51,156 bases of DNA from positions 667 to 51,822 of the forward strand of contig CAYFGW010000001.1 of the NCBI GenBank assembly GCA_964342365.1, written 5' to 3'. This DNA comes from an uncultured Candidatus Sericytochromatia bacterium. GTDB taxonomy: Bacteria; Cyanobacteriota; Sericytochromatia; UBA7694. Shown here in pieces: positions 38,711 to 48,202 of this stretch; position 1 is the stretch's first letter; every line of letters begins with the position of its first letter. Below the pieces are notes generated by a model. The model did not search any database. It worked only from the letters and a program-made list of their open reading frames with translations, and was not told the DNA's origin. Both the position numbers and the translations under genes were made by a program.

Positions 38711-39859
38711 ATGAGCGTTCATTTTTATACTGCTGAAAATATCCGGCCCCACAGTCTGTCCGCGTACCGACTGTCTGACGCAGAGCGCACTTTGCTCTAT
38801 GCTTTGCTAACGGAGCCTTTGACCCGCTTTGTGGCCAATACCGACGCCACCTTACAGGCGGTATGTATTGGCGATAGCGTACTCCCGCTGGTGATTGCCA
38901 ACCCCGAAGCCCATCAAAATTCTTATGTGTGTTCCCCTACCACCCATTATCTGGATTATGCCCGTGAAGAATTAGATATTGAGCTCCAGGATCACCCGAT
39001 GGTGCACAGACTTCTGGACTATTTGATTCGCGGAGCGCGGGGTGTTTTTGTGCCGCTACATTTTGAAAAAGTGGTCTTTGTCAACAACTGGCTGCTGTCC
39101 ACCAATCTCTATCCAGAATTGGCCTATGATCGTCTTGAAGAGGTAAAGCAGGAACTTGTTAAACGCTTTCCGGAACACGCCATTATTTTTCGCTCCATTA
39201 ACACCCGACTCAATCAGGAACTCTACGATGCCCTTTCTCAGCTGGGGTTTCAGGCCACCATCAGCCGTCAGGTGTATTTGTTAAACGCCCCGGAAAAAGT
39301 TCATCGCAAGCGGCATCCTTTTAAAGAAGATCTGCGCCTGAGCCGTCGCAGCACCTATCACTGGCGTTCTCATGAGGACCTGACCGTTCCGGATATTCCT
39401 CGCCTGAAGGCGCTATACGACGCTCTTTATCTCAAAAAATACTCCCTTTATAACCCGCAGTTCACCGCTTATTTTTTTCAACAAAGCCTGAAGCATCAGT
39501 GGTTACATTATCGGGCTTTAGAAAAGAACGGACGTATTGACGCTATGATTGCCTACACTTACCGCAACGGCATCATGACGACCCCCATGGTGGGGTATGA
39601 TTTGTCGCTTCCCCGCCGCACCAGCTTATACCCACAAATTACCGCTAAAATCTTCACCGAAGCCGAAAATCTAGGGTTCTGGTTGCACCATAGTTCCGGC
39701 GTATCCCGTTTTAAAATGAACAGAGGCTGCACGCCCGCCATGGAGTATAATCTCATTTATAGCGATCATCTCTCGCCCGCTCAGCAGGTGCCCTGGCGAC
39801 TTTTGCACAAGATATCAAAACATATCGCCGATCCTCTTTTTAGAAAACTGGAGCTGTAA
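38711..39859 (+). CDS. GNAT-fold protein
   Basis: SYVCSPTTHY, VNNWLLSTNLYP, LYLKKYS.YNPQFT, HSSGVSRFKMNRG. Confidence 0.7.
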   Translation: MSVHFYTAENIRPHSLSAYRLSDAERTLLYALLTEPLTRFVANTDATLQAVCIGDSVLPLVIANPEAHQNSYVCSPTTHYLDYAREELDIELQDHPMVHRLLDYLIRGARGVFVPLHFEKVVFVNNWLLSTNLYPELAYDRLEEVKQELVKRFPEHAIIFRSINTRLNQELYDALSQLGFQATISRQVYLLNAPEKVHRKRHPFKEDLRLSRRSTYHWRSHEDLTVPDIPRLKALYDALYLKKYSLYNPQFTAYFFQQSLKHQWLHYRALEKNGRIDAMIAYTYRNGIMTTPMVGYDLSLPRRTSLYPQITAKIFTEAENLGFWLHHSSGVSRFKMNRGCTPAMEYNLIYSDHLSPAQQVPWRLLHKISKHIADPLFRKLEL

Positions 39860-39861
39860 CG

Positions 39862-40761
39862 ATGACAAAACGAACTTTATGGGTGACAGGATGTTTTCTG
39901 GCATTACTTGCCGGACCTGTCCAGGCACAAAACACGTTGGACAATGCACAACAAAATACCGCAGTAGAAACCAACCCCGTAACGCTTACTGTCAGTCCCA
40001 CAAACATTGTCCAGGGACAACAGAGCTATATTTCACTATCCGCTCCCTACGGAAAAACCTACCGCATTGAGGTCATGGGAAAATCTATTCCTCTGAGCCC
40101 CGCAGATCAGGATCGTGTTGCTGCTTATATTGCCGTTCCAGCAGACCAGAAAGCGGGGGGCTATACCTTGAGAATTCTGGATGAGCAAAACACGGAAGTG
40201 GCCCGTCAAAAAATTGAAGTGCAGCGGGGACGCTTTGGTACACAGAATATCCGTTACCGTCGTCCTCCCGTGGATGCGACGCTCAAAAAAAAGTTAGATG
40301 CAGAGTACGCTCTCATTGACACAGCCCGCAATACCTATACGCCTGAACGTTACTTTGACAACCAGTTTAAACTCCCCGTGCCCCATCGTATCACTTCGGT
40401 ATACGGTACACGCCGCCGTCTAAACGGCAAGTACAACGGCTATCACGGGGGCGTGGACTTTGCGAGTCCCATGGGTTATCCGGTCAAAGCACCCGCTGCG
40501 GGGGTGGTCACGCTGGCGAACTATTTCTCTGCGGCCAACGCTAACGGCAACACTATTTTTCTGGATCACGGCATGGGCGTCACCAGCGGGTATATTCATT
40601 TGAGTAAGCTGAATGTGGAGGCAGGACAACGGGTAACACAGGGGCAGACCATTGGCTATATCGGTTCCACCGGACGTTCTACGGGTCCCCATTTACACTG
40701 GGGCGTGTATTTGCATGGCCAGAATACGGACGGCCTCGGATGGATTCGCTTCACCCGCTGA
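39862..40761 (+). CDS. M23 family metallopeptidase
   Basis: Signal peptide; HGGVD, YIHLS, GSTGRSTGPHLHW. Confidence 0.92.
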   Translation: MTKRTLWVTGCFLALLAGPVQAQNTLDNAQQNTAVETNPVTLTVSPTNIVQGQQSYISLSAPYGKTYRIEVMGKSIPLSPADQDRVAAYIAVPADQKAGGYTLRILDEQNTEVARQKIEVQRGRFGTQNIRYRRPPVDATLKKKLDAEYALIDTARNTYTPERYFDNQFKLPVPHRITSVYGTRRRLNGKYNGYHGGVDFASPMGYPVKAPAAGVVTLANYFSAANANGNTIFLDHGMGVTSGYIHLSKLNVEAGQRVTQGQTIGYIGSTGRSTGPHLHWGVYLHGQNTDGLGWIRFTR

Positions 40762-40925
40762 TTTTTCATTCGCTGATCTAGAAAATACATAGTCCGTAAA
40801 GACCATATAAAGCGCCTCTTAAGATTACGAGCAGGTGCTTGTATTTCGCTCTCATATATTCATATATTAATACTATTGACGGACAACAAACTCGTTAAAC
40901 ATATTAGAAAAAAGGGAGAATTTTT

Positions 40926-41702
40926 ATGGCCGATTTAAACAAAGCAGCCGCTATTTTTACACATCACATTCACTTAAAGGAAGCATTAGGTGCTTTAGAA
41001 TCCAACGGATTTAAAGACATTTCTGTTCTGATCAAATCAGAGGAAGATCGTGAAGAGGCGGGAACAGAAGTTAGAACTTACAGCACCACCACCTATCCAC
41101 CTACCACAAAGAAAACAGAAACTATTTCTCACGCTACCTCATATACGGGTTCGCGCTTCGAGGAACGCCAGATCAAAGAAGGAAACGTAGACGCACCTGT
41201 CACGGACGCCAGCTACCGGACGGGAGTTATGCCCGCGGATCATGTAGATACTTACGAAGATCGCGGTACAGAAGTACGTCGCGTAGACAAGCGCGTTCAC
41301 AACATTGAAGACTCTATCCAGGAACATCATGAAGATGTCAGTGTGAAAGATCCTAACGCTCTGACCAAAGGTAGTGTAACCGGGGGCGTCCTGGGAGCCG
41401 TAGCGGGAGCCGCAGCGCTTCTGATTCCTGGCGTAGGTCCAGTATTAGCAGCTGGACCCATTGCCAGTGCTATTGGTGCCGCTGCTGCTGGTGGTGCCGT
41501 GGGCATGACCGCAGGTGCTATTGGAGGCATTCTCAAAGATGAAGGGCTCCCCAGTGATCGCGTGAGTCTTTACCGCAAGGCCTTTGATCAGGGCAAAGGT
41601 ATCGTCATTGTGGATCCTTCAGGAGACTTACAAGAACAACGGGTTCTGGAAGCACGAGACATTCTGAACCGCTTCCGTCCTGAAACCGTAGACACGTTCT
41701 AA
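40926..41702 (+). CDS. General stress protein-like, Gly-zipper membrane protein
   Basis: GGVLGAVAG..IPGVGPVLAAGPI..GAIGGILKDEGLP; charged insert in the N-terminal half. Confidence 0.75.
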   Translation: MADLNKAAAIFTHHIHLKEALGALESNGFKDISVLIKSEEDREEAGTEVRTYSTTTYPPTTKKTETISHATSYTGSRFEERQIKEGNVDAPVTDASYRTGVMPADHVDTYEDRGTEVRRVDKRVHNIEDSIQEHHEDVSVKDPNALTKGSVTGGVLGAVAGAAALLIPGVGPVLAAGPIASAIGAAAAGGAVGMTAGAIGGILKDEGLPSDRVSLYRKAFDQGKGIVIVDPSGDLQEQRVLEARDILNRFRPETVDTF

Positions 41703-42637
41703 TAGCTATTGTAGTGGGCTCGGGCTTCGCCAGCGATGTAAGTATAAAGTGCATCTGGTGCAAGATCTGAGCCCAGTGCAACGGCGTTGGGAATCCAGCT
41801 GGCTTGTTTCTGCGCTGCCGCTATAGACAGTCCGGCCACCACGGATCGTTTGATTGCCTGACCCAGCTTATAATCATTGAGAGGGTCTTTGGCCACTTCT
41901 ATACCGGAAAGTACGGCTCTTCCCACGTCCAGGCCCGCAATAATCTGATTGGTAATTTGTGTGAGGGAAACACCCTCATTGGCCACCACAGGATGTTTGT
42001 CTGCCAACGCAGTTTCTAAACGCCCCACAAAGTCGGGGCCTTTTTTGCGGGCAAAAGCCACTAAAAACTTACCCAGTTCGTAAACGTCATCCACATTTTG
42101 AACCACCAATTTAGAATGGGCTACCAGACGATCAACGTTTTCGTGGCTGGGATTTTCCAGCGTTTTTAGCAGATAGTCATAGTATTTGTCTGCCACGGCA
42201 GCGGTAATAACCAGGTTCAATCCGTGAGTCACGCCCGCAGGCAGCGCTTTTTTGACCATGCGTGCGCCGTCTTTAATGGCCCTTGCGCTTTCTTTGCCCG
42301 CATCCAGATATTTGCCCTTCTGGTATTTTTCGTAGGCTCTGCCACTGTGGCCCACCACGCCGACACCGCGAGAAAAAGTCTTTAAGTGATTGCCCGCCTG
42401 TTTAAAACCGTTGGCCTTGATACCGTTGGCGACAGTTTTGAAAACATGCTTACTTTGCTTGATGGTGTTAAAGTCTACTTGCCAGCTTCGTGCTGCTGGA
42501 CTGAGCTTAACCTGATCCCCATGATCCGGGGCGGGCGGAGCAGAGGATTCAGTATGTGATACCTCTGCTAAATGATGAGCATTTAGACCCCGGGGGGTCA
42601 TCACAGTACAGCTGGTGTGCAAGGTGTTTAGCTTCAT
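41699..42637 (-). CDS. Hypothetical helical protein with FlgM-like DQVKLSPAAR motif
   Basis: 312-aa ORF filling the gap; TATAAT 6 nt before ATG. Confidence 0.7.
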   Translation of the reverse strand: MKLNTLHTSCTVMTPRGLNAHHLAEVSHTESSAPPAPDHGDQVKLSPAARSWQVDFNTIKQSKHVFKTVANGIKANGFKQAGNHLKTFSRGVGVVGHSGRAYEKYQKGKYLDAGKESARAIKDGARMVKKALPAGVTHGLNLVITAAVADKYYDYLLKTLENPSHENVDRLVAHSKLVVQNVDDVYELGKFLVAFARKKGPDFVGRLETALADKHPVVANEGVSLTQITNQIIAGLDVGRAVLSGIEVAKDPLNDYKLGQAIKRSVVAGLSIAAAQKQASWIPNAVALGSDLAPDALYTYIAGEARAHYNSY

Positions 42638-42710
42638 GTCCTTATTATAAGGTTCAAAAGCCTGTCAATCCCTTGTCTTTATTGTATTTTGACAAGAGCT
42701 TTGCCGGAGT

Positions 42711-42725
42711 TTAAAGTGAACTTAA
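42711..42725. promoter_or_regulatory. TTAA-N7-TTAA box
   Basis: TTAA-AGTGAAC-TTAA upstream of the 42637 gene. Confidence 0.45.
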
Positions 42726-42730
42726 TGACC

Positions 42731-44425
42731 TTATCTCAAAAAGAAGCCGTTACTGTTAAACCAGTCGCTGTACAGGGTAAAGTTGAGCGGCGCTGAGATG
42801 CGTAGCATGGCGGAAATGCCCACAAAATCGGGGTAAACCGGCAGTGCAAAATCCACGCCCACAATGGAACCGTTGGGCACAATCGCATTCAAGCCAATAC
42901 CTGCACTCAGTTGAGCACTTTCCCAGGCCCAACTGTCTCCCCAGTATCCACCCTGATCTAAAAAGGCGTTAACATCAAAAGCCCAGTTGTCCAGATAACC
43001 TAGTGTTCCCGTTTCTCCCGTTAACGGGAAAGCCGTTTTGTCCAACTGTATGGGGGTCGGGCGATAAATATAGTGGATTTCTTCTGACAAACGTAGGCTG
43101 TGTCGCTCCGTAATGGAAAATTGGGTAGCTCCTCGCACCAGCCAGCGTCCCGTATTCAAAAATCCCCGGTAAAAAGGGGGGCTGGGTCCCACGGTTGTGC
43201 CTGCTGCCGAACGGAGCAGGAGCGTCACCTGGGACTGATCTGTTTTATAAGGAGACCAGAAAGACAGGCCCGTCAGCGTGAGCTGAGAATAGGTGGCATC
43301 AATAAATCCCGTACTTAGACGACCCTGTAAAAAGTTTCCGTTGCCAGGAATGCGAAAATTGTCGATGTCAGAATAAGACAGGGTAAAAGAGGGCAGTAAT
43401 AAAACGTCTCCGGGCTTGCCGCTCTGGGTCTGTGTCTGAGGATAGGTGTCCGGCTCCAGACGGGAAAAAAAGCGATCTTCGAGTAGAGAAACGTTGACTA
43501 CACCTCGCAAAAAGCGATGGTTTTCGAGATCTTCCCACAGCTGAAAGCCGCTGTACAGATCCACGCCGCGAGAACGAATCCAGAGCAGTTGATCCGGGTC
43601 ATCGTTGTGACCCGGATAAATAAAATCAATTTTATTGTAGTGGTTAACGCCTACGCTCATGCCGGGAATAGCCTGTTGCGTACTGGATAGCGACAGAACA
43701 TATTCCCAGTCTTGCAGTTCACCACTAAATTCCTGGAAGGGAGTGGCAATATTATTGCGCTTGATAGAGGTGCGGGCCACCAGTCCTTTGCCCAGTGGGT
43801 TATCCACAATAAATCCACCGGTCAGTGACAGTCCCGTAATGCTATTTTGCGCCAGGTTTCCGGTAGGAATCCAGGCGGGCCCCAGCGGAATATGAATGTC
43901 TATATCTACCTGACCGTTCGCTCTTGTGAACTGAATTTGTAAGGGAAAAAAGTGGTTTTGTTTCACCCACTTCACGTTTTCTAAAAAACGCTGTCGCTCA
44001 AAGGTTTCACCCCTTTTGAGATTGAGGTTACGCAGGGTGATATAACGATCCTGAGGAGAGCCTCCGGTAATATGAATGTCTCCAATACGCACATCAGGGA
44101 GCTTGCGTACCGTCACCCAGCGGTGGGTATCATCAGAAAGTACCCGTGCTTCTAAATTCACATAACCACTCTGCAAAAAGAAGTCGTTGAGATAGTCCTG
44201 CAAACGGCCTTTTTCTGACCAGCGGGAAATGGCCTGTTCCACCTCAAGGTGGGTAGGAGCAGGGACCTGGTGTTCAATGACCAGTGTGTGTGTTTTAGCC
44301 TGACAGGGCCATACGCTTACGAACCCGGCCATAAGACCGGTCAGTAAGCCCTTAAATACGTTGACGTATCGCACGCTGCATCTGGCGCTGAGCATCTCTT
44401 TTGGCAATGGTTTCTCGTTTATCAT
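42731..44425 (-). CDS. Divergent Omp85-like (POTRA + beta-barrel) protein; true start probably near the smpB stop
   Basis: RIGDIHITGG..LNLKRGETF (POTRA-like), DNPLGKG, DNFRIPGNG, LVRGA, SAGIGL. Confidence 0.6.
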   Translation of the reverse strand: MINEKPLPKEMLSARCSVRYVNVFKGLLTGLMAGFVSVWPCQAKTHTLVIEHQVPAPTHLEVEQAISRWSEKGRLQDYLNDFFLQSGYVNLEARVLSDDTHRWVTVRKLPDVRIGDIHITGGSPQDRYITLRNLNLKRGETFERQRFLENVKWVKQNHFFPLQIQFTRANGQVDIDIHIPLGPAWIPTGNLAQNSITGLSLTGGFIVDNPLGKGLVARTSIKRNNIATPFQEFSGELQDWEYVLSLSSTQQAIPGMSVGVNHYNKIDFIYPGHNDDPDQLLWIRSRGVDLYSGFQLWEDLENHRFLRGVVNVSLLEDRFFSRLEPDTYPQTQTQSGKPGDVLLLPSFTLSYSDIDNFRIPGNGNFLQGRLSTGFIDATYSQLTLTGLSFWSPYKTDQSQVTLLLRSAAGTTVGPSPPFYRGFLNTGRWLVRGATQFSITERHSLRLSEEIHYIYRPTPIQLDKTAFPLTGETGTLGYLDNWAFDVNAFLDQGGYWGDSWAWESAQLSAGIGLNAIVPNGSIVGVDFALPVYPDFVGISAMLRISAPLNFTLYSDWFNSNGFFLR

Positions 44426-44816
44426 GTTGTTTTTTGCCCTGTACCAGGCCCAGTTCAGCTTTGAGCCAGTTGCGTTTCCAGTACAAAGACAGAACCACTA
44501 AAGTCAGGCCTTGTTGTTGCGTTTTGCCAATCAAACGGTTAATCTCTCGCTTGTGCAAGAGCAAGCGACGGGGGCGACGGGGTTCATGGTTCATAATATT
44601 GCCGTGTTTGTAGGGGCTAATATGCAGTTGATGCACCCATACCTCACCGTTTTTGATCTGAGCATAGTTGTCGCGTAGATTGGCATCACCGCCGCGAATG
44701 GATTTAACTTCTGTGCCCTGAAGTTCAATGCCTGCTTCAAATTTTTCGAGAATGTGATAGTCGTGATACGCTTTCCGGTTGCGAATGGAATCACGGGAAG
44801 AATCTTTTTTTGCCAT
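44352..44816 (-). CDS. smpB: SsrA-binding protein
   Basis: NRKAYHDY..EAGIELQGTEVKSIR..RRLLLHKREI..GKKQHDKRE. Confidence 0.97.
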   Translation of the reverse strand: MAKKDSSRDSIRNRKAYHDYHILEKFEAGIELQGTEVKSIRGGDANLRDNYAQIKNGEVWVHQLHISPYKHGNIMNHEPRRPRRLLLHKREINRLIGKTQQQGLTLVVLSLYWKRNWLKAELGLVQGKKQHDKRETIAKRDAQRQMQRAIRQRI

Positions 44817-44956
44817 GGTTTTGCTTCTGTATTTTGATTTGCTAATGTTAGCATAACCTTTGTTAAGAAATAAATAAATTTTTATTCAAAGGGCAAGATC
44901 TCTGGCGTTTTGGGGTATATAGAAAATAGATTAAAGTTTCAGGTAGGTATATATTC

Positions 44957-45580
44957 ATGGGCGGTATTAACAATCTTCAAAGCGGAAACAGCTTCAAAGT
45001 GATCAAAAACGTTGCCCGCCCGTCTGCCGAAAAAGGCCTGACCCTCGGCGGAACCAATAGCCAGGTGGCAAAAAACAAGGCGGCCGAAAGAGAAATTGCC
45101 AAGGTTAAAAACACCTTTGACAGCCGCTATGCAGAAAATGAAAAAGTCGAGATTCTCATGGAGAGCGCCGAAGGCGTGGCGGTGATTCAAAGCCGTACCG
45201 ACAAGGGGCTGGATCTTCAAGAAATGGCTCAGGCCGGCGGCGCACTGGCTTCTTATGCACTGGAACTTAAAGCTTTTGATGCTGACGGCAACGGTTTTGT
45301 GAATGAAGACGAACTGTTTGAATCCTGGGGCGAACAACTGGGAGAATCCGCCATGACCATTGGCGGTGCTGCGGTAGCAGGCGCCGGTACAGGTGCCACT
45401 ATTGGGGGTATTGGCGGTACTGTGGTGCTTCCTGGAATCGGTACCGTGGCCGGTGCTGGCGGTGTAGGTGCCGTTGTGGGTGTGGCCGCAGGTGCTGGAG
45501 CCACTATCTGGGAAGGCGTTCAACTTATTGGCAAAGCCTTTTCAGACACCAACTACGAAGGTCCCAGCTGGGCTCGTTAA
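44957..45580 (+). CDS. Hypothetical protein with EF-hand loop and glycine zipper
   Basis: DADGNGFVNEDE, then GAAVAGAGTGATIGGIGGTVVLPGIGTVAGAGGVG. Confidence 0.8.
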   Translation: MGGINNLQSGNSFKVIKNVARPSAEKGLTLGGTNSQVAKNKAAEREIAKVKNTFDSRYAENEKVEILMESAEGVAVIQSRTDKGLDLQEMAQAGGALASYALELKAFDADGNGFVNEDELFESWGEQLGESAMTIGGAAVAGAGTGATIGGIGGTVVLPGIGTVAGAGGVGAVVGVAAGAGATIWEGVQLIGKAFSDTNYEGPSWAR

Positions 45581-45603
45581 TTAAAGCTTTTAAAAAGAAT
45601 CAC

Positions 45604-45634
45604 AAAGCGCTGCGAAACCTGTCGCGGCGCTTTT
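45604..45634 (+). terminator. Intrinsic terminator
   Basis: AAAGCGCTGCGA-N6-TCGCGGCGCTTTT. Confidence 0.8.
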
Positions 45635-45656
45635 ATTATTTGTTACACTGCGCTGT

Positions 45657-48089
45657 ATGTTAGTGTGTGCAGACGTTCTCATTGAGGCCCTTCCGGCTCA
45701 TATAGAACGCAATATTTTCACCTATACCCTGCCTGAAGATTTGCAAGCCCGAACGCTCACCGGTATGGAGGTGGTGGTGCCTTTTGGGCGTCAACACCGT
45801 GTGGGCTATGTGCTACGCACCTATAAAAAGTACGATGCGGATCTTGAAGATGTAAAGCTCAAGCCCATTTTACGTATTACCGGCAAACAGGGCATGGATG
45901 CGGTTTACCTGGAATGGCTACAGTATATTTCTCGTTATTACCTCAGCTCTTTTAGCCAGGTGGTGACCACCGCCATTCCCCGTCGTCTGAGTACCCGCAT
46001 TAAAAAGATTGTGAAACCCACTCAGGACGCTGCTACTTTCTGGGAAACTTTACAAACAGAGCACGGCCGTCAGGCAGAATTTATGGACTTTGGTGCCTAT
46101 CTCATTTCTGCAGCGCCCCGTTGGAAAACCCTGCTGGGCATTAAGCGTAAATACGGAGAAAAGGGTAAGCAATGGCTGGCCTACTTTGAAAAACAGGGCT
46201 GGGTGAAGACCGTTGAAGATCTGACGCCTGCTGCACAGGCCAAGACCCAGCTGGCGGTGTATTACGTTAAAACCCCTGATGCCATGAGCGAAAGACAGTA
46301 CCAGCTTCTGGATGCCCTCAAAGCTCAGGACAGTTACAGTTTGCTGCAACCTTTTTTACAGTCCCATAAAACCACAGCTGCCACCTTGCGACGTATGGAA
46401 GAGATGGGGGCCGTCAAGATTGCCTCTGCACGGGTACTCCGAACGCCTGAAAGCAACAACGTGGGCAGAAAACCGCTGCAAACCCTCACACCCTTGCAGC
46501 AAGGGGTGCTGAATCAGTTGCTGCAAGCCATTGAACATCCTGACGGAAAGCCTGTGCTGATTCACGGAGTCACGGGCAGTGGCAAAACCGAAATTTATTT
46601 ACACGCTCTTCACCACGTACTGGCCGCGGGAGGAACCGGTATGTTCCTGGTGCCCGAAATTGGTTTGACCTCTCAGATGCTTCGTCGCTGTCGGGCGGTG
46701 TTTGGAAATCAGGTGGCCATTTTACATAGCGAATTGTCTACCGGAGAGTATTTAGACGAGTGGCAGCGGCTACAAAAGGGAGATGCTCGCATCGTGTTAG
46801 GAGCGCGGTCGGCTATTTTTGCGCCCATGCCCCGACTGCGTTTAATTATTCTCGATGAAGAGCACGAAAATGCTTATAAACAGGACAGTGGTCTGCGTTA
46901 TGATGCCCGTCTACTGGCACAAATGAGAATGCGCTTACACAAAGGCACGGTGGTTTTTGGGAGTGCTACCCCACGGGTAGAAGCTTATTATCAGTCACAA
47001 CGGCAGCGCTGGAAATACCTCAGTTTGCCAGAACGGGTTCATCAGCGTCCCATGCCTCCCGTACAGTTGGTGGATATGCGTCAGGAGCAGGCCCGTGAAA
47101 ATCACGGTGCGATTAGTTTGGCTCTAAAGCGTGCTTTAGAACATGTGTTGCAGCGTCATGAGCAGGCTATTTTGTTATTGAACCGCCGCGGGTACAGTAA
47201 CAGTTGGCTCTGTAGAGACTGCGGAGAAGCCGTGGGCTGTCCGCTGTGCTCTGTGGGGTTGACCTATCATCGTCACGAACGCCAGCTCAAATGTCATTAT
47301 TGCGATCATCGTCGATCGCCGCCTGAGGTGTGTCCCGGGTGCCACAGCGAAAAAATTAGTGGTTTTGGTCTGGGCACGCAAAAACTTGAAGAAATGTTAA
47401 AGCGTCTTTTTCCGGGGTGTCGCACCCTGCGCATGGACAGAGATACCACCACGGAAAAAAATGCGCACAGCCATCTTTTACAGCGCTTCGGACGGGGAGA
47501 AGCAGATATTTTAATTGGTACCCAGATGGTGGCCAAGGGACTAGACTTTCCCCGGGTGACATTGGTGGGCATTCTGGCAGCAGATATGGCCCTTAACCTG
47601 CCGGATTTTCGGGCGGGAGAGCGAACCTTTCAATTGTTAACCCAGGCCGCAGGCCGCGCCGGGCGGAGTGAATTAGAAGGTCGTATCGTTTTACAAACCT
47701 ATGCCCCGGAGCATCCCGCGATTCAATTTGCGCTGAAGCATGACTATGTGGGCTTTTATCATGAAGAAATTCTGGAGCGACGAGATCTGAGCTATCCGCC
47801 CTTTGGTCAGGTGGCGCGTCTTTTGTTTGCGGATCCCGACCATACTAAAACCCATCGGATTGCGGGTGCCTTTGTGGATGAACTTACCCGTCGCGGAGAC
47901 GACGATTTACGGATCTTGGGCCCTGTAGACGCCCCTCTGGAACAATTGCAGTCCTTATATCGGGTACACGCTTTGATTAAACATCCGCATATGAAAAGCA
48001 TTAAACCCCTGATGCGAACCCTTCTTTATAAGTATGGAAAACAGCTCCAGCGGCTCATTCTGGATATTGATCCCTATAGTATGCTGTGA
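45657..48089 (+). CDS. priA: Primosomal protein N'
   Basis: GVTGSGKTE, DEEHE, NRRGY, four CxxC pairs, GTQMVAKGLDFP. Confidence 0.96.
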   Translation: MLVCADVLIEALPAHIERNIFTYTLPEDLQARTLTGMEVVVPFGRQHRVGYVLRTYKKYDADLEDVKLKPILRITGKQGMDAVYLEWLQYISRYYLSSFSQVVTTAIPRRLSTRIKKIVKPTQDAATFWETLQTEHGRQAEFMDFGAYLISAAPRWKTLLGIKRKYGEKGKQWLAYFEKQGWVKTVEDLTPAAQAKTQLAVYYVKTPDAMSERQYQLLDALKAQDSYSLLQPFLQSHKTTAATLRRMEEMGAVKIASARVLRTPESNNVGRKPLQTLTPLQQGVLNQLLQAIEHPDGKPVLIHGVTGSGKTEIYLHALHHVLAAGGTGMFLVPEIGLTSQMLRRCRAVFGNQVAILHSELSTGEYLDEWQRLQKGDARIVLGARSAIFAPMPRLRLIILDEEHENAYKQDSGLRYDARLLAQMRMRLHKGTVVFGSATPRVEAYYQSQRQRWKYLSLPERVHQRPMPPVQLVDMRQEQARENHGAISLALKRALEHVLQRHEQAILLLNRRGYSNSWLCRDCGEAVGCPLCSVGLTYHRHERQLKCHYCDHRRSPPEVCPGCHSEKISGFGLGTQKLEEMLKRLFPGCRTLRMDRDTTTEKNAHSHLLQRFGRGEADILIGTQMVAKGLDFPRVTLVGILAADMALNLPDFRAGERTFQLLTQAAGRAGRSELEGRIVLQTYAPEHPAIQFALKHDYVGFYHEEILERRDLSYPPFGQVARLLFADPDHTKTHRIAGAFVDELTRRGDDDLRILGPVDAPLEQLQSLYRVHALIKHPHMKSIKPLMRTLLYKYGKQLQRLILDIDPYSML

Positions 48090-48202
48090 TTTTACTATTA
48101 TTTACCACGAACTTAACCTGAGCTAAAGAAAGTTTTAGGGTTTGCGTGCCATAATAATAGAGTAAGAGATTAAAGCGTTGAGAAAAAGAGGAGAAACAAA
48201 TT

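Noticed and set aside
44817-44956. tmRNA (ssrA) next to smpB
   Set aside because: The gap is only 140 nt, AT-rich, and has no tRNA-like ends.
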